A stretch of DNA of 64,000 nucleotides, taken from contig CAVZZB010000007.1 in assembly GCA_963779525.1 (NCBI GenBank), positions 261,578-325,577 on the forward strand, given 5' to 3'. A program made the position numbers and the translations under genes. Positions within the stretch are counted from its first letter, which is position 1. Each line of letters starts with the position of its first letter. Under the pieces are notes generated by a model. That model did no database searches. It was not told where the DNA came from and saw nothing but the letters and a program-made list of their open reading frames with translations. This DNA is from an uncultured Acidobacteriaceae bacterium. GTDB taxonomy: Bacteria; Acidobacteriota; Terriglobia; Terriglobales; Acidobacteriaceae. Of the stretch, positions 35,686 through 45,562 are shown one piece after another.

Positions 35686-37383
35686 ATGGCAAAACGAATC
35701 ACGATCGACCCGATTACACGAATTGAAGGTCACCTCCGCATCGACGTCGAAGTGGATAACAATGCGGTCAGCAATGCATGGGCTTCGTGCACCATGTGGC
35801 GCGGCATCGAAAAAATTCTCCGGGGCCGCGACCCGCGCGATGCCTGGCTGTTTACCCAGCGTTTCTGCGGCGTGTGCACCACGGTGCACGCGATGGCCAG
35901 CGTGCGCGCGGTGGAAGATGCCCTGAAGCTCGAAGTGCCGCTGAACGCGCAGTACATCCGCAATCTGATTCTGATTGCCCACGCATTGCACGACCACATC
36001 GTTCACTTCTACCAGCTGTCCGCGCTCGATTGGGTCGATATTCTGCAGATTCCCAAGGCCGATCCCGCTGCCACGCAAAAATTGGCGGAAAGCATTTCTC
36101 CCTGGACGCGCAATTCCCGCAACGAATTCAAAGCCGCGCAGGATCGCGTAAACGCCGTCGCCGCCAGCGGCCAGCTGGGAATTTTCATGAACGGATACTG
36201 GGGCCATCCTGCGATGCGGCTCTCGCCCGACGTGAACCTGCTCGCCTTCACGCATTACATCCAGGCCCTGGAGTACCAGCGCAAAGCCCTGCAGGTCGTA
36301 GGAATTTTAGGATCGAAGACCCCGCACATCCAGAATCTGACCGTCGGAGGCGTAGCCAATGCCATCGACCTGGACAGCGCCAGCGCGCTGAATATGGATC
36401 GTCTGGAGATGATCCGCGTTCTGTTAGACGAAGTCGTGCAGTTCATCCATCAGGTTTACTTCGTCGATGTCTGCGCCGTCGCCGCCATGTATCCAGAATG
36501 GTTCAAGATTGGCAGCGGGGTCCGCAACTACCTTGCCGTTCCCGATCTGCCGCTGGATAGCGCTGGTAGCAGCTACGACCTTCCCGGCGGATACATCATG
36601 GACGGAAACATTGCCGGGATGCGCCCCTTCAAGACGGCTTCGGACAAGGTGTTTCGCGACTCCGTCAGCGAAGATGTCACTCACGCTTACTATCAGGGCA
36701 AGCCCCTCCATCCCTGGTCCGGAGAAACCGAGCCCCAGTTCACCGGATGGGATGGGGAGCAGAAATACTCCTGGGTTAAAGCGCCGCGCTTCAACGGGCA
36801 GCCCATGCAGGTTGGCCCGCTGGCGCAAGTGCTGGTCGGCTTCGCGCAAGGCCATCCGCTAACAGTGAAGTATGCCACGCAGGCGATCAGCAACGTGCAA
36901 GCGGTCGGCGGAGTCCGCGTGACTCCCGACATGCTTCACTCCACTCTTGGCCGTCACGCCGCACGCGCCATACGCGCTTCCATGTTGGCGGAGCTCGCGC
37001 AAAAGCATTTGCAGCTGCTCACCGATAACATCGCCAAGGGCGACTACACGGTTCATAACCAGCCGGTATTTCCCAGCCACGAAGTGGAAGGTGTAGGAAC
37101 TCACGAAGCGCCTCGTGGAACTCTTTCCCACTGGATCGTGATCGAGGACGAGAAGATCAAGAACTACCAGGCGGTTGTGCCCTCAACCTGGAACGCCAGC
37201 CCACGCGACGCCTCCGGCGCTCACGGCCCGTACGAAGCCTCTCTGCTGCACACGCCGTTGGCAAGGCCGGAAGAGCCACTGGAGGTTTTGCGAACGGTGC
37301 ATTCGTTCGATCCCTGCATGGCATGCGCTTGCCATGCCTTCGATCCCTCGGGTAAGCAGATCGCCAAAGCAAAAGTATTATGA
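35686..37383 (+). CDS. hybC: [NiFe]-hydrogenase large subunit
   Basis: N-terminal RIEGH and RFCGVCTTVH (L1). C-terminal DPCMACACH (L2), followed by a 15-aa cleavable extension. Confidence 0.95.
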   Translation: MAKRITIDPITRIEGHLRIDVEVDNNAVSNAWASCTMWRGIEKILRGRDPRDAWLFTQRFCGVCTTVHAMASVRAVEDALKLEVPLNAQYIRNLILIAHALHDHIVHFYQLSALDWVDILQIPKADPAATQKLAESISPWTRNSRNEFKAAQDRVNAVAASGQLGIFMNGYWGHPAMRLSPDVNLLAFTHYIQALEYQRKALQVVGILGSKTPHIQNLTVGGVANAIDLDSASALNMDRLEMIRVLLDEVVQFIHQVYFVDVCAVAAMYPEWFKIGSGVRNYLAVPDLPLDSAGSSYDLPGGYIMDGNIAGMRPFKTASDKVFRDSVSEDVTHAYYQGKPLHPWSGETEPQFTGWDGEQKYSWVKAPRFNGQPMQVGPLAQVLVGFAQGHPLTVKYATQAISNVQAVGGVRVTPDMLHSTLGRHAARAIRASMLAELAQKHLQLLTDNIAKGDYTVHNQPVFPSHEVEGVGTHEAPRGTLSHWIVIEDEKIKNYQAVVPSTWNASPRDASGAHGPYEASLLHTPLARPEEPLEVLRTVHSFDPCMACACHAFDPSGKQIAKAKVL

Positions 37384-37931
37384 GGAAGAAGGTTCTGATC
37401 GGCGGGATCGGCAACGTCTTGCTGGGAGACGATGGCGTCGGACCCTACCTCGCGCAGCTTCTCTTGTCACGTTATGAATTCGGAGAAGGTGTGGAAGTTA
37501 TCGACTTGGGAACGCCGGCGCTTGATCTGATCGATCGAATCTCGGGAAACGATGTCGTCATTCTGATCGATTCCGTCGATATCGACGCAGCCCCGGGAAT
37601 GGTGCTGCTCTATCGCAAAGACGAGATTATGCAACACCGCCCCGCAGTGCGCACGGACCCTCACTCCCCCGCATTGGTCGACACGTTGCTCAGCGCCGAA
37701 CTGTTCGGAATCGCCCCGGCGAACGTGCTGTTGGTGGGAATTGCTGCCGAGTCTTATGAAGCAAGCTGCAGTTTGAGCGAGCCCGTGAGAGCGGCGCTGG
37801 ATCAGGCGATTGCAGAAATCTTGCGCGAACTGGATCGCAACGGCGTCGAATATCGACCGCGCGAACAGGCAGCAGCCATTGGAGCTTGGTGGGCGACCGA
37901 CGAGAAGATCGATTTACGGCTGCCCATGTAA
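37380..37931 (+). CDS. hybD: hydrogenase maturation endopeptidase (HybD/HyaD family)
   Basis: VLIGGIGNVLLGDDGVGPYL...D N-terminus. ATGA overlap with the large-subunit stop. Confidence 0.85.
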   Translation: MRKKVLIGGIGNVLLGDDGVGPYLAQLLLSRYEFGEGVEVIDLGTPALDLIDRISGNDVVILIDSVDIDAAPGMVLLYRKDEIMQHRPAVRTDPHSPALVDTLLSAELFGIAPANVLLVGIAAESYEASCSLSEPVRAALDQAIAEILRELDRNGVEYRPREQAAAIGAWWATDEKIDLRLPM

Positions 37932-37946
37932 GGCTACCACGGCCTC

Positions 37947-38351
37947 TCAAGCCTTAAGCCACATGACGGGAAATCCATGGCCGAGCTTGCGGAAATCAGA
38001 ATCACTGGTCACCAGCGTAGCCTTAAATTCGATCGCCAGGGCCGCGGCGAAGCTGTCCACGTAGTAAAGCTTGTATTTAGCCTTCAACTCTGCGGCTTTG
38101 AACGCCCTCTGCGGCGTGGCGTCCAACATCTCAATAGGTAGCGGACTGATGGCGTGCGCAGCAGCGTGCGCCTGTTCCGGTCCGTATTGGCGTAGAAGCA
38201 AGCCGTACACTTCTCCGTAATTCGCCGCCGACATCAGCAGTTTTGCGCGCCCACGCCTGGCCTCTTTCAGAAGTTCCTCAACCTTGGAAGCCCCAGGCTT
38301 GTCCCGAAGGAAGGCGAACAATGCACTGGCATCGAACACATACGTTTTCAC
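37947..38351 (-). CDS. vapC: PIN-domain toxin (VapC family)
   Basis: YVFDASALFAFL... N-terminal acidic Asp and ...TLVTSDSDF near the C-terminus. 4-nt overlap with the upstream antitoxin gene. Confidence 0.8.
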   Translation of the reverse strand: MKTYVFDASALFAFLRDKPGASKVEELLKEARRGRAKLLMSAANYGEVYGLLLRQYGPEQAHAAAHAISPLPIEMLDATPQRAFKAAELKAKYKLYYVDSFAAALAIEFKATLVTSDSDFRKLGHGFPVMWLKA

Positions 38352-38593
38352 TTATCGTGTTCGCCCTCTTCACGATGTTCTTTTTCCCAGAGCGCCAGTA
38401 GGTCCGGCCCGTCTGCGAACATTCCCCTTACGCGGTCGATGTACTCATCGGTAATGGGTTGCAGCACAATGCGCCCGAACTGGTCCTCAAAAACTCTAGC
38501 CTTGGTACCAGCTTCGATCTTGTGTTTGCGGCGAAGCTCCGCCGGAATGACAAGTTGCCCCTTCGAGGTAAACGTCACACATACGTCCTTCAT
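38348..38593 (-). CDS. vapB: AbrB/MazE/SpoVT-type antitoxin (VapB)
   Basis: SpoVT-AbrB swapped-hairpin signature SKGQLVIPAELRRKHKIEAGTKARV. Confidence 0.8.
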   Translation of the reverse strand: MKDVCVTFTSKGQLVIPAELRRKHKIEAGTKARVFEDQFGRIVLQPITDEYIDRVRGMFADGPDLLALWEKEHREEGEHDK

Positions 38594-38619
38594 GCCTTAC
38601 ATCATATAATAAGTAAGGC
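38594..38619. promoter_or_regulatory. inverted repeat GCCTTAC-N12(AT-rich)-GTAAGGC abutting the vapB start codon (candidate operator or hypE-distal hairpin)
   Basis: Perfect 7-bp arms at 38594-38600 and 38613-38619. The loop contains TATAAT/TTATAT. A GCATGCATGC palindrome follows. Confidence 0.3.
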
Positions 38620-38642
38620 ATGCATGCAAAGGTATGTGATTC

Positions 38643-39710
38643 CTAGCAGATGCGCGGTAACTGGTCCCCTGCCAGCATGTCCACTACGCGCGTAGTCCCC
38701 AGCGGAGTTTTCATCGTCACCAGTCCGACATTCTTCTCCGTCACCGTGCCAATGATCTGCGCTTCGGTTCCAAGCGGATGACGCCGTATCGCCTGCAATA
38801 ACGGTTCGGCAACTCCGGCCGCCACAATCGCGATCAACTTACCTTCGTTGGCCACATAGAGCGGATCCAAGCCGAGCAACTCGCAGGCGCCTTTAACCTG
38901 TTCATGGATGGGAAGGGAGCTTTCCTGCAGCTCGATTCCCACCCGCGACTGCTGCGCGATCTCATTCAGCGTGCTGGAGACGCCGCCGCGCGTGGGGTCG
39001 CGCATGCAGCGAATCTCATGGGTTACCCCGAGCATTTCGGCTACAAGGCCGTGCAAAGGTGCGCTGTCGCTTACGATCTGAGTTTCAAATTCCAATCCTT
39101 CCCGTTGAGCCAGAATCGCAATACCGTGATCCCCAATCGAGCCGCTTAGGATCACCTTGTCGCCGCGTCGCGCGCGGTCGGCGGAGAGCTCGAGTCCGTT
39201 CGGCACAAGTCCAATGCCTGTCGTGTTGATGAAAAGTTCATCGCCTTTGCCTCTCTCGACGACTTTGGTATCGCCGGTCACAATCTGCACGCCTGCGCCT
39301 GCTGCCGCTCGCTGCATCGAATCGACCACGCGCTTGAGCTCTTCGATCGCGTAGCCCTCTTCGATGATGAAGGCAGCGCTCAGGAATAGCGGAGTTGCGC
39401 CTCCCATGGCCAAATCGTTCACCGTGCCATGAACCGCGAGAGAGCCAATGTCGCCGCCGGGAAAGAACAGCGGTTTCACAACAAAAGAATCCGTGGTCAT
39501 CGCCAGACGCTGCCCATTCACGTTTACGATTGCCTGATCATCCAAACGCGCCAGCACCGGGCTCCGAAACGCCGGCAGGAACACATCCCGAATCAGCGCT
39601 GCGCTAAGCTTGCCGCCGCTCCCGTGTCCCAGAAGGATGGTGTCCTTGGCGGGGAGCGGCGCCGGGCAGCTGACTCCGAAATTTATATCGACAATGGTTT
39701 TCGTGGGCAC
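38643..39710 (-). CDS. hypE: hydrogenase expression/formation protein HypE
   Basis: GHGSGGKLSA N-terminal motif, AIR-synthase-like fold, C-terminal PRIC. The GTG at 39710 follows AGGAGA. The longer ORF overlaps hypD. Confidence 0.9.
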   Translation of the reverse strand: MPTKTIVDINFGVSCPAPLPAKDTILLGHGSGGKLSAALIRDVFLPAFRSPVLARLDDQAIVNVNGQRLAMTTDSFVVKPLFFPGGDIGSLAVHGTVNDLAMGGATPLFLSAAFIIEEGYAIEELKRVVDSMQRAAAGAGVQIVTGDTKVVERGKGDELFINTTGIGLVPNGLELSADRARRGDKVILSGSIGDHGIAILAQREGLEFETQIVSDSAPLHGLVAEMLGVTHEIRCMRDPTRGGVSSTLNEIAQQSRVGIELQESSLPIHEQVKGACELLGLDPLYVANEGKLIAIVAAGVAEPLLQAIRRHPLGTEAQIIGTVTEKNVGLVTMKTPLGTTRVVDMLAGDQLPRIC

Positions 39711-39718
39711 GCGCTCTC

Positions 39719-40816
39719 CTAGGTTGCCACCGCATGGCGCCGGTAGTGATAGTAGGCGGCGCAGGCTCCTTCGCTCGAAACCATGGGCGCTCCCAGCGGA
39801 TTTTCCGGTGTACACCGCATGCCAAACGCCGGACAATCCGTTGGCTTCTTCAATCCCTGCAGAACTAACGCGCTGATGCACTCAGCTGGTTCGTCCACGC
39901 TAAACTCGCCGAGATCGTAGACCTGCGCGGCATCATACGCGGCGTATTCTGCACGCAAGCGTAAGCCGCTCCGCGGGATCGGACCGATGCCGCGCCACTT
40001 CTGGTCGGCCACTTCAAACACCTCGGCCATGATTTCTTGCGCCGGCACGTTTCCTTTGTAGCTCACCGACCTCGCGTACTGATTTTCCAGCTTCGCCTCA
40101 CCCGCCTCGAGTTGACGGACGAGCATCAGCACCGCTTCCAGAATATCCACCGGCTCGAACCCTCCGACCACGATGGGGATTCGGAAATCGCGAACCAGAT
40201 TCTCGTAATCCTTGCATCCCACCACGGTGCAGACGTGCCCCGGCGCAATGAAACCTTGCACGCGGTTTGTGCTGGAGACCATCAGGGCGCGGATCGCCGG
40301 TGGAACCAGAACGTGCGAAACCAGCATGGAAAAGTTCTTGAGCCCCTCGCGCTTCGCCTGCCAGGCGGCCATCGCATTCGCAGGGGCCGTAGTCTCGAAA
40401 CCGATCGCCAGAAAAACAATTTTGCGTTCAGGGTTCGCACGCGCAATCTTTACCGCCTCGGTCGGCGAGTAGGCGATGCGAACGTCCGCACCCTGTGCCT
40501 TGGCGCGAAGCAGATCGGTGCTCGATCCTGGCACCCGCAGCATGTCTCCATACGAGACCAGGATGACCTCAGGCCGCGCCGCCAAAGCGATAGCTTTGTC
40601 GACGGTTTCAAGAGGAGTGACGCAGACCGGGCAGCCCGGTCCGTGGACGAGTTCGATTTCGCGCGGCAGTAGTTCATCCAAGCCGTAACGCATGATGGTG
40701 TGAGTTTGCCCGCCGCAAATCTCCATCAGTACCCAGGGTCGCGTAGTTCGCTGAGTGATCTCAGAGGCTAATGCCCGAGCGATGCGCTGGTCGCGGTATT
40801 CGTCAAGATATTTCAT
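39719..40816 (-). CDS. hypD: hydrogenase formation protein HypD
   Basis: MKYLDEYRD..., [14 protein letters not shown], and the C-terminal Cys-rich region. Confidence 0.95.
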   Translation of the reverse strand: MKYLDEYRDQRIARALASEITQRTTRPWVLMEICGGQTHTIMRYGLDELLPREIELVHGPGCPVCVTPLETVDKAIALAARPEVILVSYGDMLRVPGSSTDLLRAKAQGADVRIAYSPTEAVKIARANPERKIVFLAIGFETTAPANAMAAWQAKREGLKNFSMLVSHVLVPPAIRALMVSSTNRVQGFIAPGHVCTVVGCKDYENLVRDFRIPIVVGGFEPVDILEAVLMLVRQLEAGEAKLENQYARSVSYKGNVPAQEIMAEVFEVADQKWRGIGPIPRSGLRLRAEYAAYDAAQVYDLGEFSVDEPAECISALVLQGLKKPTDCPAFGMRCTPENPLGAPMVSSEGACAAYYHYRRHAVAT

Positions 40817-40836
40817 GCTATGAATTCAGATTGAGA

Positions 40837-41091
40837 CTACTCTTCCGCGGGCGGCAACTCGGCTTCCAGCGCCCCCATCTCTTCCAGCAGCTTATACGTG
40901 CGTTCTGCTTCCAGTGAATCTACCCGGCTGATGGCGAAGCCCACATGGACCATCACATAATCGCCTAGCTCGGCCTCAGGGACAAAGCTTAATGACACCT
41001 GGCGCACAATCCCGCCAAACTGCACGCGGGCAGCCCGCATCGGTCCCATCTCCTGTATTTCGAGTATCTTTCCCGGTATGGCAAGGCACAC
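40837..41091 (-). CDS. hypC: hydrogenase assembly chaperone HypC/HupF
   Basis: (M)CLAIPGKILEI with the essential Cys at position 2 if the GTG at 41091 is used. The track's longer ORF would bury it. Confidence 0.9.
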   Translation of the reverse strand: MCLAIPGKILEIQEMGPMRAARVQFGGIVRQVSLSFVPEAELGDYVMVHVGFAISRVDSLEAERTYKLLEEMGALEAELPPAEE

Positions 41092-41273
41092 GGCGAGTTT
41101 CTCCAGAGTTAGTACAGCACCGGTCATTCCTCCATACTGTGATGGACGTCACAACGTAGAGTGATGAACGCTACCTTTTGGCCGAGGTGGAGGAAAGCGC
41201 GCACAACTGTTAGCATATTTTGCTGGCATTTATCAGAGCGAGCTAACTCGCTCAATATACAGGTGGCAGGACG

Positions 41274-41726
41274 ATGGTAGTCAATGAAATGAGCGAGAAA
41301 GAGTGCCGCGGGCTTTTGTCGCGCACCTCCATTGGCAGACTTGGATGCTCACAAGCCGACCAGCCCTATGTAGTTCCGATCTATTTCGCCTTCGAACCTG
41401 ATTATTTTTATGTGCTTTCCACCCTCGGCCAGAAAATCGAATGGATGCGCGCCAATCCCAAGGTCTGCATCGAGATCGATGAAATCGCGGGCGAATCTCA
41501 GTGGGCGAGTGTCATTGTAAATGGCGAATTTCAGGAACTAGTCGAGCCCCAATATACCGACGAGCGTGCCCATGCGCGAAAGCTCTTGGAAAAACGCTAC
41601 CTGTGGTGGCAAAACGCTTTAGGCGAACGGCAATTGAAATCGGGCCAGGACCTGATTGCGCCCACCTTCTTCCGCATTCGCATCAATTCCATGACCGGCT
41701 TGCGTGCCGTTGCAGAACACTCCTAG
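41274..41726 (+). CDS. pyridoxamine 5'-phosphate oxidase-family (split-barrel flavin-binding) protein
   Basis: ECRGLLSRTSIGRLGC...PYVVPIYFAF...A pattern of the Pyridox_ox_2 family. Confidence 0.75.
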   Translation: MVVNEMSEKECRGLLSRTSIGRLGCSQADQPYVVPIYFAFEPDYFYVLSTLGQKIEWMRANPKVCIEIDEIAGESQWASVIVNGEFQELVEPQYTDERAHARKLLEKRYLWWQNALGERQLKSGQDLIAPTFFRIRINSMTGLRAVAEHS

Positions 41727-41762
41727 TGCACGAAGACATTTCGGCCGCCGTGCGATAAGACT

Positions 41763-41984
41763 TTGTCCCCTCTCACCATCTTCGGGCTGTTTGCAGTAAC
41801 CGCAATGCTTGTCTGCTACGCGCTGGAGGCGCGAAGCCGGTGGTTTATTCTCGCCTTTGCCGGCGCCTGCGCGCTCGGCTCGATCTACGGCTTTCTGCAA
41901 GGGGCCTGGCCGTTTGGAATTGTTGAAGCCATTTGGTCCCTGGTCGCGATACGTCGTTGGGCGGTCGCGCCACGGTCAAACTGA
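41763..41984 (+). CDS. hypothetical small membrane protein (2-3 TM)
   Basis: 73 aa and very hydrophobic. TTG start. No motif recognised. Confidence 0.4.
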   Translation: MSPLTIFGLFAVTAMLVCYALEARSRWFILAFAGACALGSIYGFLQGAWPFGIVEAIWSLVAIRRWAVAPRSN

Positions 41985-42005
41985 TCGGCTGTCGGCAGAG
42001 ACAAA

Positions 42006-42977
42006 CTATCTGCGCCGCAGTTCTTCCAACATCTGGGGATCGATGTTGCCGCCGCTTAGGATGGCCACAGCCGGGCTCCCGGCCGGGAGTTCAGGAGCGT
42101 GGAAAATGAATCCAGCGACCGCGACGGCGCCGCTGGGCTCGGCAACCGTAGTGGGGTTAGCGCTCAGATATTTCACCGCTTGGCGGATTTCATCCTCGGA
42201 CACGGTAACGATCTCGTCCACATAACGGCGGATATGCTCGAAATTGATCGGGCCAATACTCTGCGATCGCAGGCCGTCGGCGATGGTACGCAAAGTTTCT
42301 TCCGCAGGGAATTCAACAATCTTGCCCGCTCGCAAGCTGGCCTGCGCATCGGCGGCTAACTCTGGTTCCACGCCGATCACTTTTACGGAAGGCTTGCTCA
42401 ACTTGATCGCCGTAGCCACGCCGCTGATCATGCCTCCCCCACCGATGGGCGCAAGAACTGTTTGCACCTCCGGCAGATCTTCGAGGATCTCCAATCCCAT
42501 CGTCCCCTGGCCGGCGATGATCTGCTCGTCGTTGTAAGGAGGCACGATCACATATCCATGCCGCGCGGCCAGTTCTTCCGCCTTGATCTGACGCTCGCTG
42601 CCGCTTGGGCCGACGACGACGATCTCGGCGCCCAGCGCCGCCGTGGCCTGGCGTTTGACCGCCGGAGCGTTCTCCGGCATGACAATAACGGCCTTCACTC
42701 CCAATGCCCGCGCCGCGTAGGCCACGCCTTGCGCGTGATTGCCGCTGGAGTAGGAAATGACGCCGCGCTTGCGCTCTTTGTCAGACAGCAAGGCAATCTT
42801 GTTGTAAGCTCCGCGCAGTTTAAATGCGCCAATCGGCTGCTGATTTTCTGGCTTGAGGAATAAGCGGCGCGGGTCCGTCTCACAGAGTTTGAATTCGATT
42901 AGCCGGGTGCGGGCGGCGATGCTGTGTAGCCGAATTTCTGCTCTGCGAATGTTCTCAAGAGTGATAGTGGGAGCCAT
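42006..42977 (-). CDS. PLP-dependent threonine/serine dehydratase (short form, serine-racemase-like fold type II)
   Basis: PLP-lysine motif GAFKLRGAYNK, SSGNHAQGVA, and glycine loop GGGGMISG. Confidence 0.85.
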   Translation of the reverse strand: MAPTITLENIRRAEIRLHSIAARTRLIEFKLCETDPRRLFLKPENQQPIGAFKLRGAYNKIALLSDKERKRGVISYSSGNHAQGVAYAARALGVKAVIVMPENAPAVKRQATAALGAEIVVVGPSGSERQIKAEELAARHGYVIVPPYNDEQIIAGQGTMGLEILEDLPEVQTVLAPIGGGGMISGVATAIKLSKPSVKVIGVEPELAADAQASLRAGKIVEFPAEETLRTIADGLRSQSIGPINFEHIRRYVDEIVTVSEDEIRQAVKYLSANPTTVAEPSGAVAVAGFIFHAPELPAGSPAVAILSGGNIDPQMLEELRRR

Positions 42978-43041
42978 TCGATTGGTTGTAATACTTGAGC
43001 TGAACTCTATCCAGCGTGAATCAGTGAAGTCTGTGGCAATC

Positions 43042-44706
43042 CTAAATCTCTAGTATCACCGGCATGATCAGCGGCCGCTTTTGTGTCTGCCGCGAAATAT
43101 AGCGTTTCAAATCGGCGCGGATCTTTTCCTTGATCACTCCGTAATCCGCTTTTTCTTCTTCGCTGGAGTGCGCCAGCGTGTCTTCAACAATCCGCCTGGC
43201 TCCATCCAGCAACCCGTTATCGCCCGGATTGAACCCTCGAGTGACAATCTCCGGCGCCGTCTCCACCCGTCCCGACAGCTTGTTAATCGCGATGATCGGC
43301 AGAACAATGCCATCCTCGCTCAAATGCCGGCGATCCTTGATAATGAGGTCTTCCACCACATCGGTCCGCGATCCGGAATCGATGCAGACGCGGCCCACGT
43401 TGACTTTTCCCACCTTGCGGGCATTGTGCTCGTCGATTTCGAGAACGTCTCCACTCTCGATCAGCATTACTTTTCCCACGGCGCTGTGCATCGCGCCAGC
43501 CATTTCCGCGTGCAACTTCAGTTGCCGGTACTCACCATGAATGGGAATGAAATATTTCGGCCGCACCAGGTTGATGATGAGTTTGAGTTCGTCCTGGCTG
43601 GCGTGCCCGCTCACGTGAACCGGGGGCGACGTGCCATCTTCGTAAATCACATAGGCTTCCCGCCGGAAGAGGTGATCGATCATCCGGTAAATCGTTTTCT
43701 CGTTCCCGGGAATAATGCGGGACGACAGCACCACAGTGTCGCCCTTCTCGATTTTGGCGTGCTTGTGATTATCCACCGCCGCGCGCGACAGAGCGGACAT
43801 GGGCTCGCCTTGCGTCCCGCTGATCATCACGCAAACTTTTTCCGGGGCGAAATTCTTCATCTCGCCGGGGTTGATCACTAAGCCTTCGGGAATTTCAAGG
43901 TAGCCCAGGTCTTCAGCAATTTCGGCGGAGTTGTTCATCGAACGGCCGACGAAGGCTACTTTGCGCCCGTGCTGGTGCGCCAGTTCTACAGCCAACCGGA
44001 TGCGATGAATCGAAGAAGAAAAACAAGAAATGAACAACCGCCGTTGGGTGTGCGCAAAAACTTCGTCAAACTTGCGCCGCACGGCTCGCTCGCTGGGCGT
44101 GTATCCCTTGCGCTCAACGTTGGTCGAATCCTGAAAGAGCGCCAACACGCCCATCTTGCCGTACTCGGCGAAGGCGTGCAGATCGAACAGATGATTGTCA
44201 GTAGGCGTGGGATCGACTTTGAAATCCCCGGTATGAATGATCACACCCAGCGGCGTGTGGATCGCCAGCGCAACGCAATCCACCAGGCTGTGCGTCACTC
44301 GAATCGGATGGATGGTAAACACGCCGCACTTGAAGCGCTCACCGGCGCGAATTTCACGCAGATCGGCATCATCCAGCAGCCCATGCTCTTCCAGCTTATC
44401 TTCCACGTAAGCCAGAGTGAATTCCGTCCCCCACACCGGCACTTTCAGCTCGGAAAGAATCCACGGCAACGCGCCAATGTGATCTTCATGCCCGTGAGTG
44501 AGGATAATCCCGCGAACCCGCTGGCGGTTCTCGATCAGGTAGGAGATATCGGGAACAACAATGTCGACTCCGAGCAGCTCGGCTTCGGGGAACATGAGCC
44601 CCGCGTCCACCACAATGATATCGTCGCCCCAGCGGATTGCCATGCAGTTCATACCGAACTCGCCGAGGCCCCCCAGCGGGACAACTTGCAATTTTCCAGT
44701 TGGCAT
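43042..44706 (-). CDS. rnj: ribonuclease J
   Basis: Metallo-beta-lactamase HGHEDHIGA, beta-CASP region, and typical length of 554 aa. Confidence 0.9.
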   Translation of the reverse strand: MPTGKLQVVPLGGLGEFGMNCMAIRWGDDIIVVDAGLMFPEAELLGVDIVVPDISYLIENRQRVRGIILTHGHEDHIGALPWILSELKVPVWGTEFTLAYVEDKLEEHGLLDDADLREIRAGERFKCGVFTIHPIRVTHSLVDCVALAIHTPLGVIIHTGDFKVDPTPTDNHLFDLHAFAEYGKMGVLALFQDSTNVERKGYTPSERAVRRKFDEVFAHTQRRLFISCFSSSIHRIRLAVELAHQHGRKVAFVGRSMNNSAEIAEDLGYLEIPEGLVINPGEMKNFAPEKVCVMISGTQGEPMSALSRAAVDNHKHAKIEKGDTVVLSSRIIPGNEKTIYRMIDHLFRREAYVIYEDGTSPPVHVSGHASQDELKLIINLVRPKYFIPIHGEYRQLKLHAEMAGAMHSAVGKVMLIESGDVLEIDEHNARKVGKVNVGRVCIDSGSRTDVVEDLIIKDRRHLSEDGIVLPIIAINKLSGRVETAPEIVTRGFNPGDNGLLDGARRIVEDTLAHSSEEEKADYGVIKEKIRADLKRYISRQTQKRPLIMPVILEI

Positions 44707-44824
44707 GGAGTACTCATGATGCTAGCAGACTGCGTTACATACCGTACAGAGTGATTCTCCCGGTTCTCCTCCGCGGCGGATGGCATTCCGCCCCTCTCTG
44801 AGTTAATGTTGAATAAGGTTGAGA

Positions 44825-45526
44825 ATGGCGGCGGTGGAATCCAAGTCGTGGCTTCGAGTTCGGGCGGAGAAGGCTCTGGTCAAGGGGCTCACCCGCGCCT
44901 ATTCGACGGTGCAGGTTGATCCCGCCAGATTTCTGGTGCAACTTCGCACTGCGTATCGTCTTCCCGTCAGCGGTTATCACGGCACGTATTCGCTGGATAT
45001 TGGCGAACTCGATGTTGTGGCCGACGATCTGATACGTGGCGGGATGAAACTGGCGGCTGCGGAGGGCGCCGGTTTTGGCCTGGGCGGCTTGATTACCGTT
45101 ATTCCTGATCTTGGCATCCTGTCCGCGATAACCATGCGCACCATCCAGAAGCTCAGCCTTGTCTACGGCTTTCAATTCAATACCGACAGTGAAATCGCCG
45201 AACTGTGGATCGCCGCCGCGAGTGCGGCTGGAGTGGACATCAGCCGCGACCTGCTGGAAAAGGAAGTGATTAACAAGTTTGTCCCCCGAGTGATCCAGCG
45301 CATTGCCGCCAGCGCCAGCGCGGAGGTGGTGGAGAAATGGGCAGGACGCATGATTCCGCTGATCAGTTCCGCCATTGGCGCCGGTCTGAACTACTGGTTC
45401 GTGCGGGCCTGGGGCGACCGCGCCAAGGCGCATTTCCGCGCCCGGCATCTGCAACTGCGACAGCAAGTCCAGCAACAGTCCTTGACGCCGCATGAGCCGC
45501 CCACTTTGCCGGCCGTAACTGGCTAG
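44825..45526 (+). CDS. EcsC-family protein
   Basis: GFGLGGLITVIPDLGILSAITMRTIQKLSLVYGF resembles the conserved core of the EcsC family. Recalled from memory, not searched. Confidence 0.6.
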   Translation: MAAVESKSWLRVRAEKALVKGLTRAYSTVQVDPARFLVQLRTAYRLPVSGYHGTYSLDIGELDVVADDLIRGGMKLAAAEGAGFGLGGLITVIPDLGILSAITMRTIQKLSLVYGFQFNTDSEIAELWIAAASAAGVDISRDLLEKEVINKFVPRVIQRIAASASAEVVEKWAGRMIPLISSAIGAGLNYWFVRAWGDRAKAHFRARHLQLRQQVQQQSLTPHEPPTLPAVTG

Positions 45527-45562
45527 TTTCCCTCTGTAATGGAAATCTGGGTTAGAAAAACG

